Positions 39,249 through 52,267 of a stretch of 64,000 nt of DNA are shown here, in pieces. A model generated the notes under the pieces. That model was given only the letters and a program-made list of their open reading frames with translations, was not told where the DNA came from and ran no database searches. A program made the translations under genes and the position numbers. Each line of letters begins with the position of its first letter. Positions within the stretch are counted from its first letter, which is position 1. The DNA comes from Auanema rhodensis (Eukaryota; Animalia; Nematoda): the NCBI GenBank assembly GCA_964057225.1, contig OZ059900.1:10912001-10976000 (forward strand), written 5' to 3'.

Positions 39249-39935
39249 GATCTATAAAATATTTTGTTAATATCTTATAAATTAAACAAAAATATTGTGG
39301 GAATAAATGAAAACCAATAATAACTATAAATTTTATTTTTTTTATTATAAAGCTGTATAAGTATTGCTGGTAAAATAGAGAAAATTAACGCTTGTGAAAT
39401 ATAATTGGAAATGAAGTATCATAGACAATGTGGAGATGAAGATTGGAATAAATGGGGGTACTAACCGCGATATTCTCACGATCGTCTTGCGTCTTGGTCA
39501 CCTGAACAAAATGCAGTGTTTAATGTAGGTCAATGTGTCTAATACATGGAGACAATAAGAAACCGATAAAATTTCACATTTATACATTTTACAAATTGCA
39601 GGGACGATATTTAAATTGAAAATTATGTTTTTTCTTTTTTGTAGACTTGTGAAGTTTAAATCTATTTCTATTTTCTTGCAATTATTGTTAAGTAAGACAT
39701 CATTTTTTTCTTAAGGTGAAAATAATGTTTCATTGCATTATACATTGTTAAAGTAAACATTTTTATGAGCTTTTGTCATTTAAAAACTGTGAACGAATAG
39801 GTTTAGATTATCGTAAGTTGAAAACAAAATTATATTTCCAAAAATTCATTAAAAGTAATATTATGAAATACAAAATTAAGTATCATATAAGTCATGGTAT
39901 ATGTTGTTTTTAAACTCCTTTTTTCAGACTACTAT

Positions 39936-41316
39936 TTATTTACAATGAGTTTTATTCGTATTTTCTGTTTCAAGATGTTCAGATTCTTCTCTGGTTTTGT
40001 CCCGAGTTTCTGATGATAGCTTTCTTTTTTTTAGAAGATTCCTCTCTTTCACCTAAACATATCATAATTACTATTGATATAGCTAATGTTTTAAACCTTA
40101 TATTCCAATGTTGAATGTGGCACACCATAAACAGATCCTGCTTTATGAACACTCATCTCACCAAGCCGAACACATTTTACGGCCTCATCAAGTGCAGATT
40201 TATCGTATTTTCTATAAAATGTAGAATAATTCAGTGAATTTTCAACTCTCACCTGTACTGTCCACGCTTTGGTCTTGATTTTTTCCACAAATCGTTTTCA
40301 TTTTTCTTGATTTTGGTGAACGATGTGTTCTCCGTTAAAGTAGCAGATGGCGCAAGGACTGCGAGGTCATTCATAATTTTAAGTAGATCCGGGCTAATAA
40401 ACGATCTCTGAATTTCTAATTAAATATAACTTTTTCACTTTTAGTCATTCACCTCGCACTGAAAAAGATTAGAAAAAATATTATTTTCAGGAAGAGAATT
40501 GTTCAATTGCGGTCTTATTTCGCTTGTTCCTCCACTTGCAGTTGATGATCCGCTTAAGATTGATTGACCACAGCTGTTTTTCATAATGTTTAGACTTGAA
40601 TTATTCAACAACTTGTGGAAAAAACTGTTTTTTGCCCAAGTGGATTCGCTTAATCAAATACAATCACTTTTAACTTTTGTAGTGGAGTATGATATATACC
40701 TATTTGCGACTTTATCGATTTCTGATGAATTTTTATTGAATGAGATATTCGATGAATTATCCTGCATAAAGTCTTTGTCAGTGATTGATTCTATCCGATA
40801 CACTTTATTACGTAAAGTTGAACGCGGTATACCGTAGACAATCGAAGCTCTAAACTTAAAGTTAATAAGCACACAATTACACTTCTTTATCTCACTTTCG
40901 TGTGCCTAGCCGACCCGATCTAACATCTCTCACAGCTTTTTCTAAATCCAACGGACTATATTTGTGCTTATAACTATAAAAGGATTTTCGTGTTGAGCTG
41001 AAAAAAAAGCTGTTTCAAAATTTGAAGCTAAATATTTGTACTACAGGGAAGGCGATGCAATCGTTTCAAGTTGTACAGTATCAGTTGGTGGCTTTGCTTT
41101 GTCGAAGTACATTTGCAAAAGCTTAAAATAATTCATAATCACCATATTATGTTTATTGAGACATACACCTTGAGCATCCATTAAGTACGATCCAAACAAA
41201 GAATGCCCAAACCATGGAGATGGTATACTCATAAAATTGTATTCTTCATTCACTGTTGTCAGACCAGGAATCATAATAATAAACAGTTTGGAGATAGGCA
41301 CAAAACACCTAAGCAT
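39936..41316 (-). CDS. mbr-1: Mblk-1/E93-family transcription factor with two Pipsqueak-type HTH domains
   Basis: First domain [40 protein letters not shown]. Second domain [53 protein letters not shown]. The start codon is uncertain (41316, 41274 or 41232). Confidence 0.9.
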
Positions 41317-41710
41317 ATTTTGTTTTAGAAAAAACCGCTAATAAATTATATGACAAAATAATTTATTTTATAGATTCTTCTTATTAAGTAATTACAGATA
41401 TAAAAATTATTCAATAATTTTTTCAAATTAATTTTCTTTAACAAATGAATCACATTAATCCTCTTATCACTTTTGATCTCAGTGGCAGAGTTAGTGTTTT
41501 TGGATTATATTTTTGAACTTTGTTAATTAATCTTAAAGTTGCTACTATAATTTAAAAAAGGCCCTTCTTGTTTTCAGAATAATTTATTATGAAGCCTCAT
41601 TTTCGAAAATGCTTAACCAAATAAAATAATTGATCGAAAGATTTTAAAACATAACGAAAAAGAAAAAAGGTAAAAAAAATAAAAGAAAATCAAAAAATCT
41701 TATAAAAAAG

Positions 41711-41741
41711 ACAGCTTGTGGGAACAGCTTGTGAGAACAGC
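41711..41741 (+). promoter_or_regulatory. 13-bp tandem repeat carrying two CSL/LAG-1 consensus sites (TGTGGGAA, TGTGAGAA)
   Basis: ACAGCTTGTGGGA-ACAGCTTGTGAGA-ACAGC, about 400 bp upstream of mbr-1. Confidence 0.45.
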
Positions 41742-44573
41742 TCGATCGTATGCGATGAATTCTAGTAAAATATGAATTGTTATTAACTCATCTACTTTTG
41801 AAGGAGAATCAATTTCAAATATATCTAACTTGTTAGAATGCATGAATAAATTCAATTAGGTGTATCTGACTCAAAATTAAAAGCCGTTATTCTATACAGC
41901 ATGATGTAAGGCAACTTAAATATAATACCAAATAATTGCGAATACTTCGCTACATATTAGGTATATGTAGAAATACGCTGTGCATTAGTTAGATATTGAA
42001 AAAGGAAGCAGAAAAAAAAGAAGAAGAAAAGTTATTGAAAACTTCATCAAAATTTCATTTAAGTTGGAAGTTTTTTTTATTTTTCATAGTTAGTAACTTT
42101 TCCGTTTTTTAATATCAGACATCTGGTGCGAAATATTAAATTTTTTTAGAAGAAATATTAGTACACAGAATCTCTCGTTAAAATAAGAAATAAGTTTAGA
42201 AAACTAAGTAGAAATCAAAAAATAAACATGCAGTTTTCTATGTGGTCCAATGTTAATAAACATCTTATCAATTAGGATTAGCATGAAAAAAATTGTATTT
42301 CAAAATAAAAAAAAATTTCACTGATAATCAATAAAGAATAAATTGTATTGGATTTTGAAAATTTCTTCAAGTAAAGATATGCTTTTATTGAATATAAGTA
42401 AAAATAATTTGAAAAAAAAAAGATTAATTGAAAGATAAAGCACAAAAGTAATTGTTTAGGGACCGATATATAGATTGAAAATGAAGATTCACGACATACA
42501 AATCTCTGGCTAAACTTGTTTTCTTCTAACCTTGCCAAAAGTTTAAGCACATTTCCTCATTTAATCGCGTTTTTCATCGTCTTCGTTCAAGAAATATTTC
42601 CGTTCTAGTTGTTATTCTTTAAGTTAAAAAGATAAATAGCTCATTTAAGACTCTGTTCATATTTCATACGATTAATTCTAAATTTGTGGGATATATTAAT
42701 TTTGTGATTTGTTTTATTTGCAAACATACACTTAGAAAAATTGAGAAAAGTTGAAAGTTGTTCATCGATGATAAAAAATTAATTAGTAAGTCAGGCTAGG
42801 CTGGCTGGCTTGATACAACAACTTGGAATAAGACAAGAAAAAAATGAGAGTATAAATTCATATCATAATTAATTTCAGGTTTTGTGCAAAAAAATTAGTT
42901 TTTTTCATGTGTTTCCATCTTTTAATATTAATAAGAGTACATATTTTTAGAATATCTGTATTCAGAAAACTGTTCATTTTCAGTAAATATGAGATGGGAT
43001 GTATGCTATATCACATTGTTATAACATAATATTTGAAGTTCGGCACCCACGCCAGTTTTAGAAAATCGTTCATCACGATGCATTACCAATTAGATGCATA
43101 TACATAGATAAAAATATACGTTAAATTAATTGCGAAGTAGTCTACTGGAGTTAATGAGTTTTAAAGCGTCGCCTTACACTCTCAAGAGAGAAAAATATTT
43201 TTTTTTGTGTTATTTCAGGGAAGGAAAAACAGTTCACATTAACATCAATCTCCTTTTCTGAGATATTACGATGCTCATTCAAAAGTTGTTTATCACGACA
43301 GAATCAGGAAAATAAGGTTTTCATATGTTATGAAAACGAATAAGACGCATTAGATGAAAAGTCTCTAGAAAAAAATTTTGTTTTGGCTCTTAATGGGCCT
43401 CGAAGTGTTTATTTACATAACTTGATACTTTTTTGATGTGTAGTTGATGATACACGAGAACATAAAACCGTCTCTTTCAATTTCATATATGTATATACAT
43501 AAATACTAAACTAGAAATGTTTAAAATTTTTCACTTTTTTTGGGAATACATTGTTTTTCCTAGTTTTATATCATAGTTTAAATCATAAAAGGACATGATA
43601 TAATACGAAGATATGAGATTAACAGCTAGTGTAAAGCTAATTTTTGATTGTTGGAACTTTATACAGAACTTTTTTTTTCAAAATGAGTTTCATATTTGTT
43701 CAGAGTACAGAAAGGAAAACAAAAAATATAGTATAATAGATCAAGCAGATTTTTTATAGTTTTTGGTAGAAATTCAAATAACTGAGTTATTTTTATGATG
43801 ATATGAGAAGGCAGACACACGTCTAAATCAGAGATAAAAAACAAAATGTGAGATGAATGTTTTGATATCAATTAATTGGTCAGTAATTGCGAAAATTTCA
43901 ACCTAAATAAGGTTTAAATCGGAAAGCTTTGTATAACTTAGGGAGCTTCAATTAAAATTAAATCAGAAATTATGTCATTACTATTTTTGGAAATACACCA
44001 AGCCTTTTTAATTTTGTCATTGATTAATTTATAAAAAATTTTCAAATGTGCAAATAATCTTGAGTCAGGCTTTACACAATACAAAATATCATTTTTTAAA
44101 TACTTCAATATATTTAATTGTTGGCGTAATTGTACTTCTAAACTGTTTTCTGTAGGTTTAAAATAAATAAAATTCTGATGTTAAAAAAGTGATAATCTGA
44201 AAAGTTGATGAGTTCTCTCATATTTCTTAAAATATCAACAAATGCTGAGTTGATGTTAGGTTTGTTGAAACAGAAAGTTTTCTTCATATACTGTTATCTC
44301 ATATCTTACGGTATGTCTTCAAAATTTCATTGTAATATCACTAAGCGAGTTTTAATACTTTCAAACTCTCAGTGGTTTTTTAATTTGTTACTAGCATCAT
44401 TGATTAGAAATTATAATTTTTCATTATTGAATTTGTACTATCAGCATGTGAACGTATCGGATGTTGTATTCTAATACGTGTTTTGTTGAAGTAAAATATA
44501 TTTTTTCCGCCATGTTTTTGTTGACGCAAGTGTAAATATTCATTCACTGTGTGCCGTTTCATTATTTTCGGCT

Positions 44574-44630
44574 AAGAATTCTAACATTCTATTGAAAAGA
44601 ATTTCAAGAATTTTAATATTCTATTGAAAA
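44574..44630. repeat. Imperfect 25-bp direct repeat upstream of CCDC22
   Basis: AAGAATTCTAACATTCTATTGAAAA (44574) and AAGAATTTTAATATTCTATTGAAAA (44606). Confidence 0.8.
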
Positions 44631-44778
44631 ATTTATACACAATATTATAATTGAACCCACCCTGTGTTCACACAATGACACAATATATACGCCTTTGTTT
44701 CACTGTTTGCGCCAAACAGACATAATATTTTAAAATATTGTTAACTTCTCTGATTTTGTCGTTTTTCGTTCATTAAAA

Positions 44779-46846
44779 ATGAATGAAGTGGATAAGCACA
44801 TTAGGAATTTTTTGAATTCATTAAACTGGTATGTTTTGGTGTTTTTTTGATATTAAGAAAAAATTTGAGCTCATTTGCTGAGAATGCTGAAAATGCTGAT
44901 GATCTTTTAATAGAAGAATTAACAGACAGGAATGTTTTTGAGGTTGTTGTCAGGTACTGCTTCTGCATGTTTTGTTGAGCTAATTATATTTTTCACCAGA
45001 TTTCTTTGGAAGATTGACCCTTCTACCAAGACGTCTTTAACAACATTTGAACTTCCCGATACTGTGTCCGAACGCTTTGGAATTGTGTCTAATGTTACGC
45101 AAATATTGAAGGTAGCTATAGATCGGCTAACATATATGAACAAACGATTAAGATGAAAAATATAAATATTGGTTTTAAAACAATATTGTATGGTAATTCA
45201 ACTGAAATCCGGAAGTTGTGCATTTCTTTAATAGAAAAGCTACCTATTCAAGGAGTTTCAGGAGTGAAAAATAATGGTAACAACTGCTTTCCAATAATAT
45301 TCCGACTCAGCTTTTTTTTATCAGACTCATGTTCGAAAATACTCACGGCAGCGGCGAAATCTTTACAGCGGCCTAGGTATCTTCCTCAAAGTTATTCTCG
45401 CAGAAATTTTCCATGGATGAGTTATGCAGTACGTTTTCACATTGTTTAAATTACTTTTTTATTAAGGTTAGTGATGCTTTATCTATATCGGCTGCGTTAT
45501 CTGGGCGTCAGAAGCATATAGAAGAAAAAGCTCCAAGGGAAATTATAGCAGAGTGTTTTGCTCCCTTACAGGCTACATACTTGAATCAGTAAGAATCTTA
45601 ACGCATCGCTCACTATTGAACAATTTTCTTAGAAATCCGTATGTGGACAAAGTTTACGAACATCTCACAGAAGAAAATGTAATTGATGCAAAGAAATGTG
45701 AGCATGAAAGACTAAAAACGAAGCAAGATATATTATATGAATTATCCAATGACATTGCAACAAAAAAAAGAAGAAATGTATAAAAGATCCAATTTTACAT
45801 GTGTTAGTACATGTTTCAGTTCAAAAATCATCGTGAATATTTGAATGAAGATATGAAAGGATACAAAATCACAGGGAAAAAAAACCAGCGTCTTTATGAA
45901 CTTCTCAGAGACTCAGAAAATGGACGATCTTCAATTAAGGTATTATAGTGTGTATGAAGTTTAATTTTTTTTTGTTCAGCTTTTTCTTGATGAGAGAATG
46001 AGACATCGTGCAGATCGCGAAATATATTGGTGTCAAAAACGATTTGCTGTTCGGGAGAAATTAGAAACATTGCGGATCGCTTCAGGGGTTGTATTATTTT
46101 TAGTTGTTAATAGTTCAACGTTTTTAAGAGCGAAATGGAAGATTTGGTGCGCCAAATTAATACAATTGAAAGCAGTTTAGAAATGCAAAAACAGAAGCAA
46201 TACTTGATGCAAAACTCTATTCCTAACTTAGTTAGTTGATATTTTGTTTTCTAATCATATATAACTTACTAAGATGCGCATAGTGACAACTGTACGAGAT
46301 GATAAAGTACTCAGAGAAGAGTTGTGCATAAGACTATTTGATATAACTGAGAACTACGAGAAATTAAACACTGGATTGAAATCTGTAATCTTTATCACGT
46401 ATTAATGCCCCTTCATTTTTTAATGCTCAGATTTTGAACGATATTGAAACATCTAGAAAAGAATTGAATCGATTATCTGACTCGTCGTACAGATCATTTA
46501 ATTTAATAGAAGAAAGTTTATACCAGGTGAAAATAATTTGAAAGACAAAGTGTTTTAAGAAATTTATTATTTCAGATTACCGGTACGCATAAAGGCGAGC
46601 AGATGTATCGTCTTTTCTCTAGAATTAATACGGGCTGCTTAAGTGCCATTCAAAAGCTCGAAAAGAATGGAAGTTTGTCCAGGGGAAATGAGAAACTGAG
46701 AAACACGGTTGTTCAATATGTCTTATATTTTATATGAAAAAGATATCTAGATTTTACAACTTCGCATGGATAGCAAGTTTGAAAACTTGCCTAATGCTAC
46801 TGAAGAAATGAAGCTGGAAAATGAACAACTGAAAACCCAACTTTGA
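44779..46846 (+). CDS. CCDC22: CCDC22 homologue (CCC/Commander complex subunit)
   Basis: The N-terminal NN-CH domain pattern is MNEVDKHIRNFLNSL...VFEVVVRFLWKIDP...VSERFGIVSNV...IGFKTILYGNSTEIRKLCISLIEKLP. The C-terminal coiled coil is MYRLFSRINTGCLSAIQKLEKNGSLSR...EMKLENEQL. Confidence 0.78.
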
Positions 46847-47376
46847 ATTCTAAATAAAGGTAAAAGAGATTACAGAAGCTGTCTCATAGTCAAAATGCGA
46901 ATTTAATTACTACATCTTTTTATTCTACCTCTTCTGTTTGCTATGGATAGTTTCTTGACTATATCTTTCAATTTTTCATATATTGTAAAGACTCTCAACA
47001 TTCAAAATAAAAATATTTCTTTAATTTGCACACGAAGTTCAACTTTTCTGAAAAGAATATTATTTACACGGGCAATTTCTTTAAATCAAATTTAAGCAAA
47101 AGCATCATATCAATTTACGAATAATTATCATTGAGCTCTTCCAGAAATCATCATTTCGGAAATTATTTTAATTTTTTAATTTAGAATTTTATTATTTTAT
47201 CTTTACACTTTATAATAAAGTCTCAGGAGAATACAAATTTGAGCCATTTACCAACTCCCAAGAGAGTTGTGAGATTGATTTTACTGGCTAGGAAGCAATT
47301 GCTTTCAGTTAACCGAAGATTTTGTTTCGTACTTCTTGGTTGAATTCATTTTGAGTACACTTATAAAACATTTTGA

Positions 47377-48657
47377 ATGTTTCTACTATCTTTATCTCTG
47401 TTACTGCTTTTCATACATGATATTCGCAGTTCAAAGGAGGAAGCTGAAAGATTAAAACTTCAGGTAGTGTTCGAAAGATTAATAAATGTTTTTGAAATTC
47501 TTATTTATCTATTTTAAATATGGTTTTGTTAATTTTTATAGTCACATCAGGAATACACTAAAAGAAATTACCCTCGAAAACATTATTTTGGTGAAGTTAC
47601 GACTACCTTGGAGCCTGTTTCTGTCAGAACAACATTAGCCCCTTGCTTGGATAAGAGCAGAGTAGGATTTTAACTTTAAAAAAGATATATCATTCAAATG
47701 CTTATAAATAAAAAACTTTAAATATTTTCAGATGTGTTGTTTCTGGGCTGTTGCAGGAGAATGTGACAGTAATCCTTTTTGGATGAGAACAAATTGCCCT
47801 CGTAGCTGCGGAACATGCAATTGCCCATGTTCATTTTTTTAAAGTTATATAGAGTTTTTTATCAAAATAATTCAGTGCTCAATGCGAGTGGTTGTGTCTC
47901 ATCTGGAATAAAATGTATTCTACCTACATCAACAACCCTACCAACAACTCCACCAACAACCATTACCACCACCACTACAGTACCTCCTACAAAACTTGGA
48001 ACTTTGAAAAATAATAGTCAAACCACGGTATACTGTATACAATTTTTGAACTTTTTTACATTTGCAATACAATCAGAATGCGTATATATTAAAGTTTAAC
48101 AGGTGAAATCATTTAAAATGAGACCATATACTCCACCTTCCAATGGTTTTGGGCGTACGAGAAGCACAACAAAATTGGTAACTCAAACTACAACACAGAA
48201 AAAGTTACAAGAACGGAGACCCGTATTTCCAACTACAACAACTAGATTGATAGCAAATATTTTGTCTACCACTGTAAAACCAATTCAAACAACTACTGAA
48301 TCATTATGCTCTGACTTGGAAAGTCATTGTATTTTTTGGGCAGCGTTCGGTGAATGCCACAGGTAGACACCAATGAATCTGTCCAATATTTTTATTCTTT
48401 TTGTAGAAATAGTTATTGGATGCAGAAATATTGCCAAAGGTCATGCAAAACATGTAGTGACACTCAGGACAGAGCATACAAAGCAGCCTTATTATTACGA
48501 GGTATTTTCAGGGTTCTATTATGAATTTCAAATCATTATTTTTGAAGAGTGTAAAGATATAGAAAAATCTTGCTCGTTTTGGTCAATCAAGGGAGAATGT
48601 AATATTAATACCAATTGGATGATTACTAACTGTCCTAAAAGCTGTCGTGTATGTTGA
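47377..48657 (+). CDS. Secreted ShK-domain protein (three ShKT domains with a Thr-rich spacer)
   Basis: Signal peptide, then C.FWAVAGECDSNPFWMRTNCPRSCGTC, CSDLESHCIFWAAFGECHRNSYWMQKYCQRSCKTC and CKDIEKSCSFWSIKGECNINTNWMITNCPKSCRVC*. Confidence 0.9.
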
Positions 48658-49017
48658 AGATGCCCAACTGAGAAAACTTTACATAACGATAAAAAAAAAT
48701 AAATATTTGAATACTTTATAAATATATATCTTTATTACGTGATCATGATGTTTGAAATAAGCATAAGGTGCTTGATCGTTTAGTTTCATAATGGAATACG
48801 CACTATTTATTCAATACACAACTTAGACTAATTATTTACACCATACCCAATTTTGATTAATACAACCCGGTATCGACGTAAGATTGATAAATAGAGTCGA
48901 CACACTTTTGTCGATGACAATATGATGAATTCTGATTATAGAAAAAACGACAGTATTATTATCTCATGAAAGTTCAGTTTCACAATTCCATAATTGTTAT
49001 TATAATTAGATTACTGA

Positions 49018-51517
49018 TTATTGTCGCCTTCGAAGTGTTATCGGAATATTATCAGGCCAGATAGTTCCTGTATCTCGAACTGTAACATTGATCTAAATAC
49101 CGTTTGTTTCATAAATATCCCGACATATGCATATGCGACTTAATTAAAATTACCTTATTGTTCTGTGTCTGAATTTCATAATTCGTAAGTAAATAATAGA
49201 GTGTAGCTTTAATTTCCATTAGGGCAAATCGTTTGCCAATACATTGCCTTGGTCCTAAGCCGAATGGCATATACGCTTTCTTCTGTTTTTCAGTTAAATT
49301 CTCAAATCTATTAATGCAATTCTTGAATTCTGTACTTTTAAAAATACCAATACCGTTCTGGTTGAAAGTTTAAGGCATTTATCCCCCATATCGAGTGGTC
49401 ATGATGCAGAGACCAAGTATCTACGATTATATTCACATCTTTTTTGAAGAAGAACTTTCCTATTTTAGTGTCTTCCATACATCTACGTTGGTGAAGGCTG
49501 CAAAAATCAAATAAAAAATCTGATTAATATTCGAGTTACTAACGGTGAAGCATGTGGATACAACCTGAGTGTTTCCAGTATGCAGTTATGCATATAAGGA
49601 AAGGATTGAGCTGAATAGTAGTTTATTTCCTCGCATTTATCAATTTCTTCAACCAATTTTTTCTGAATCAATCAAGTAAAAAATGTAAATTTGTTGCTTA
49701 TATATTAGAATTGTTAAAATTCTACAGAAATTAAACTTTTACATAGAAATCAAGTTATAATCTTAAAGTATCAGATGTTTGATCAAAACAACTTTATCCA
49801 ATTTGATGTTTTTTGATTTTCGGAAACGCAAAGAACAAAGTCCAATATAACAGTTTGGAGAAAGTAAAGAATGTGATGAAAAATAACAAAAACGCTTTAT
49901 AAAGTCTTTTTATCAGTTTTCTTTGCTCTGCCTTAAGCATTTGAAAAAAATAAAATATAACTGAGCGTGTAAAGTTTTAATATACTTCGTTACTCAGAAC
50001 TTTGTCAAATTTTGAAAAAGAATACATATCACCACTCTATATTTTAACGCTGATACATAGATAGATTTGTTCCTTATGGGTTACATTGTACTTACCATAC
50101 GGATTGGACAGCCGCACAACAGGTGTATTAAAAAAGCCAAAGTGTTAGCCGTTGTATCGAATCCAGCAACAGAAATGAAACGCAATTGCGCCAACAATTC
50201 CTATTAATTTGAAAAATATAAAAAATGTATGTGAATACCTGCTGTGAAATCTGATAAGATAACTTGGTATTTCTGAAATTAACTTGTCCTTCTTTCTGCT
50301 CACTGGGGAAAATGTCTGTTTCCACTTCAGCATTTTTTAAAATTTGCAGAAAATCATACTGCTTTTTTCCTGCTGTTCGTGGTTCATAATAAGCAAAGAG
50401 CAAATCTGCAAACGTGGATGAAGATGATTTAACAAACATTTTCGTGATGTACGAATAACAATTATGCAAAGTTTGCAGAAGCATAATCGGGACAGGAAAG
50501 CACCCTTAATCATATATTTTATTCAAGATTGATTAAAGTAACAAACATGCTATCGTGCCAATACTAAAATCGGGAGCTGTTTTAGAACCAAACAACTTTT
50601 GGAATCTGAACAGTAGAGTATTATGGTTATGATGCGAATTTTGTTGTCCGAATACACAACGAGCAATCACGTCGGATGTATGATTCTGGAACAAACTAGA
50701 AATAACGTTTCTTTATTCATGCTGTTGCATGAATCATCTACCTATGTGCGTTATAAACTTCAGATTTTGCATTATCCGTTTGACTGAGGTATTCGACAAA
50801 ACATCTACACGATTCATTCATCATTTCAAAAAGCTAAAGGGTAGACTATTAATTTTTAACTCTACCATTAGTTAAAATTCGAAAAATGAATATAGTTTCC
50901 AGAATTTTTGAATTAACTTCTGTATTTTTCAAACTAACGAATAAAAACAAAAATAAACGTTCGCATATTGTAAAATTTTCGAATACCTGCATCATGTTCT
51001 TAGAGGAAACTGCTTTACTTGTTACAGTACGCAACCTCTTCCATCTCTCGCCTGTAGCATTGAACATATGAACGTCATCAGAAGTAATAGGATTGGGATC
51101 TAGTGGATGGTGCTGAACAAAACAGAACAAAACTATTACAAAAATAAGTATTCATTTCGACGCACCCACCATTTTAGCGTGAAAATGATCATATTGATCA
51201 ACGCATATTTCATGAATAATATCTATGTCGCTTGTTATCACTGCTGGATACACCCCATAGTAGACTCCAAAGGTTTTGCCGTTTTCTTTGCACAAATTAC
51301 CATATTTAAAAACAGAATCACATGAAAGAAAAATGTCAAGATTTCCAAGAAACCAGTTTGAGCTTGATAGGATTGGGAAACCGCAGTCTTTCAATTTTTT
51401 ACGTGCCCTACTTTTTCTAGAATGATTTTTTTCAAACAATTAACAGGAATATAAAACTTACTCAATGTAAAAATATACAAGCATAATTATAAAAAATAAG
51501 ACGACTCCAAAAAGCAT
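49018..51517 (-). CDS. Cytochrome P450, CYP3 clan (possibly CYP43A-like)
   Basis: N-terminal anchor, GERWKRLR, I-helix VAGFDTTANTL, K-helix ETLRLYP, FQPERF, and heme motif FGLGPRQCIG. The frame is intact after splicing. Confidence 0.93.
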
Positions 51518-52267
51518 ACTTGAAAAATGGGTAGCAATCCTCAAATAAAGAAACCAACTCTCGGTATCTTTTCTTCAATGGTGATTTATCAGGTGAACTG
51601 ATATGATACATTTGCAGGCAGGTATGTACACATAAAAATCAATAAATTGAACAAAAAATTACTGATGGTTTTGGCTCTCTCAATAGTTCATATGCGAGAT
51701 AATATTGATAAAGGTTTTGGTGCGCTGTCAATCAAAGCAGAGTGCGTAGAAAGAACAAAATAGCTTACTTTTTTTCCTTCGAATACAATTTAATATACAC
51801 AACAGCAGATTTTTGACTATTTTTCAAATACTTATAATGATTAATGCACTTAGAAATGTTATTAAGAAGGAATTTTCTGCGTAACCACAAATCACATTCA
51901 GTAAAGATTGTATGAGCTTATCTAACAAAACAATGTTGATAAGCACAATCATTGATATAAGAATAGAGCTCGTATCAAATAAGCATATAATTTTGCTGTT
52001 CCAAATGGTATATAATAACTATTATAAAATTAAGTACACTAAAGCGGAAGTCATCTCAATAATAAAGGTTAGTTTACGGTTGCAGTTGGATGTTTTCTAT
52101 TTACGTTGAACTTATATATACATAATTTCAATTTTTAAATATTTTAAATTTATTATTGAAATAGAACATAAAAAACCTTCGATATAAGTGAAACTCTTCA
52201 CAAATTTAGACGCATTGATAACTCCCAAAAGTAAACTTTTTTAAAGATAAATGATTAATTATTACAG

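Noticed and set aside
41320-44770. Short ORFs in the 3.4-kb gap between mbr-1 and CCDC22
   Set aside because: F/I/K/L-rich translations typical of AT-rich non-coding DNA. More likely mbr-1 regulatory sequence or 5' introns.
4067-47377. Operon organisation of the co-oriented plus-strand genes
   Set aside because: Stop-to-start gaps are about 460-920 bp and contain promoter-like motifs, longer than typical SL2 operon spacing. It cannot be supported without SL2 data.
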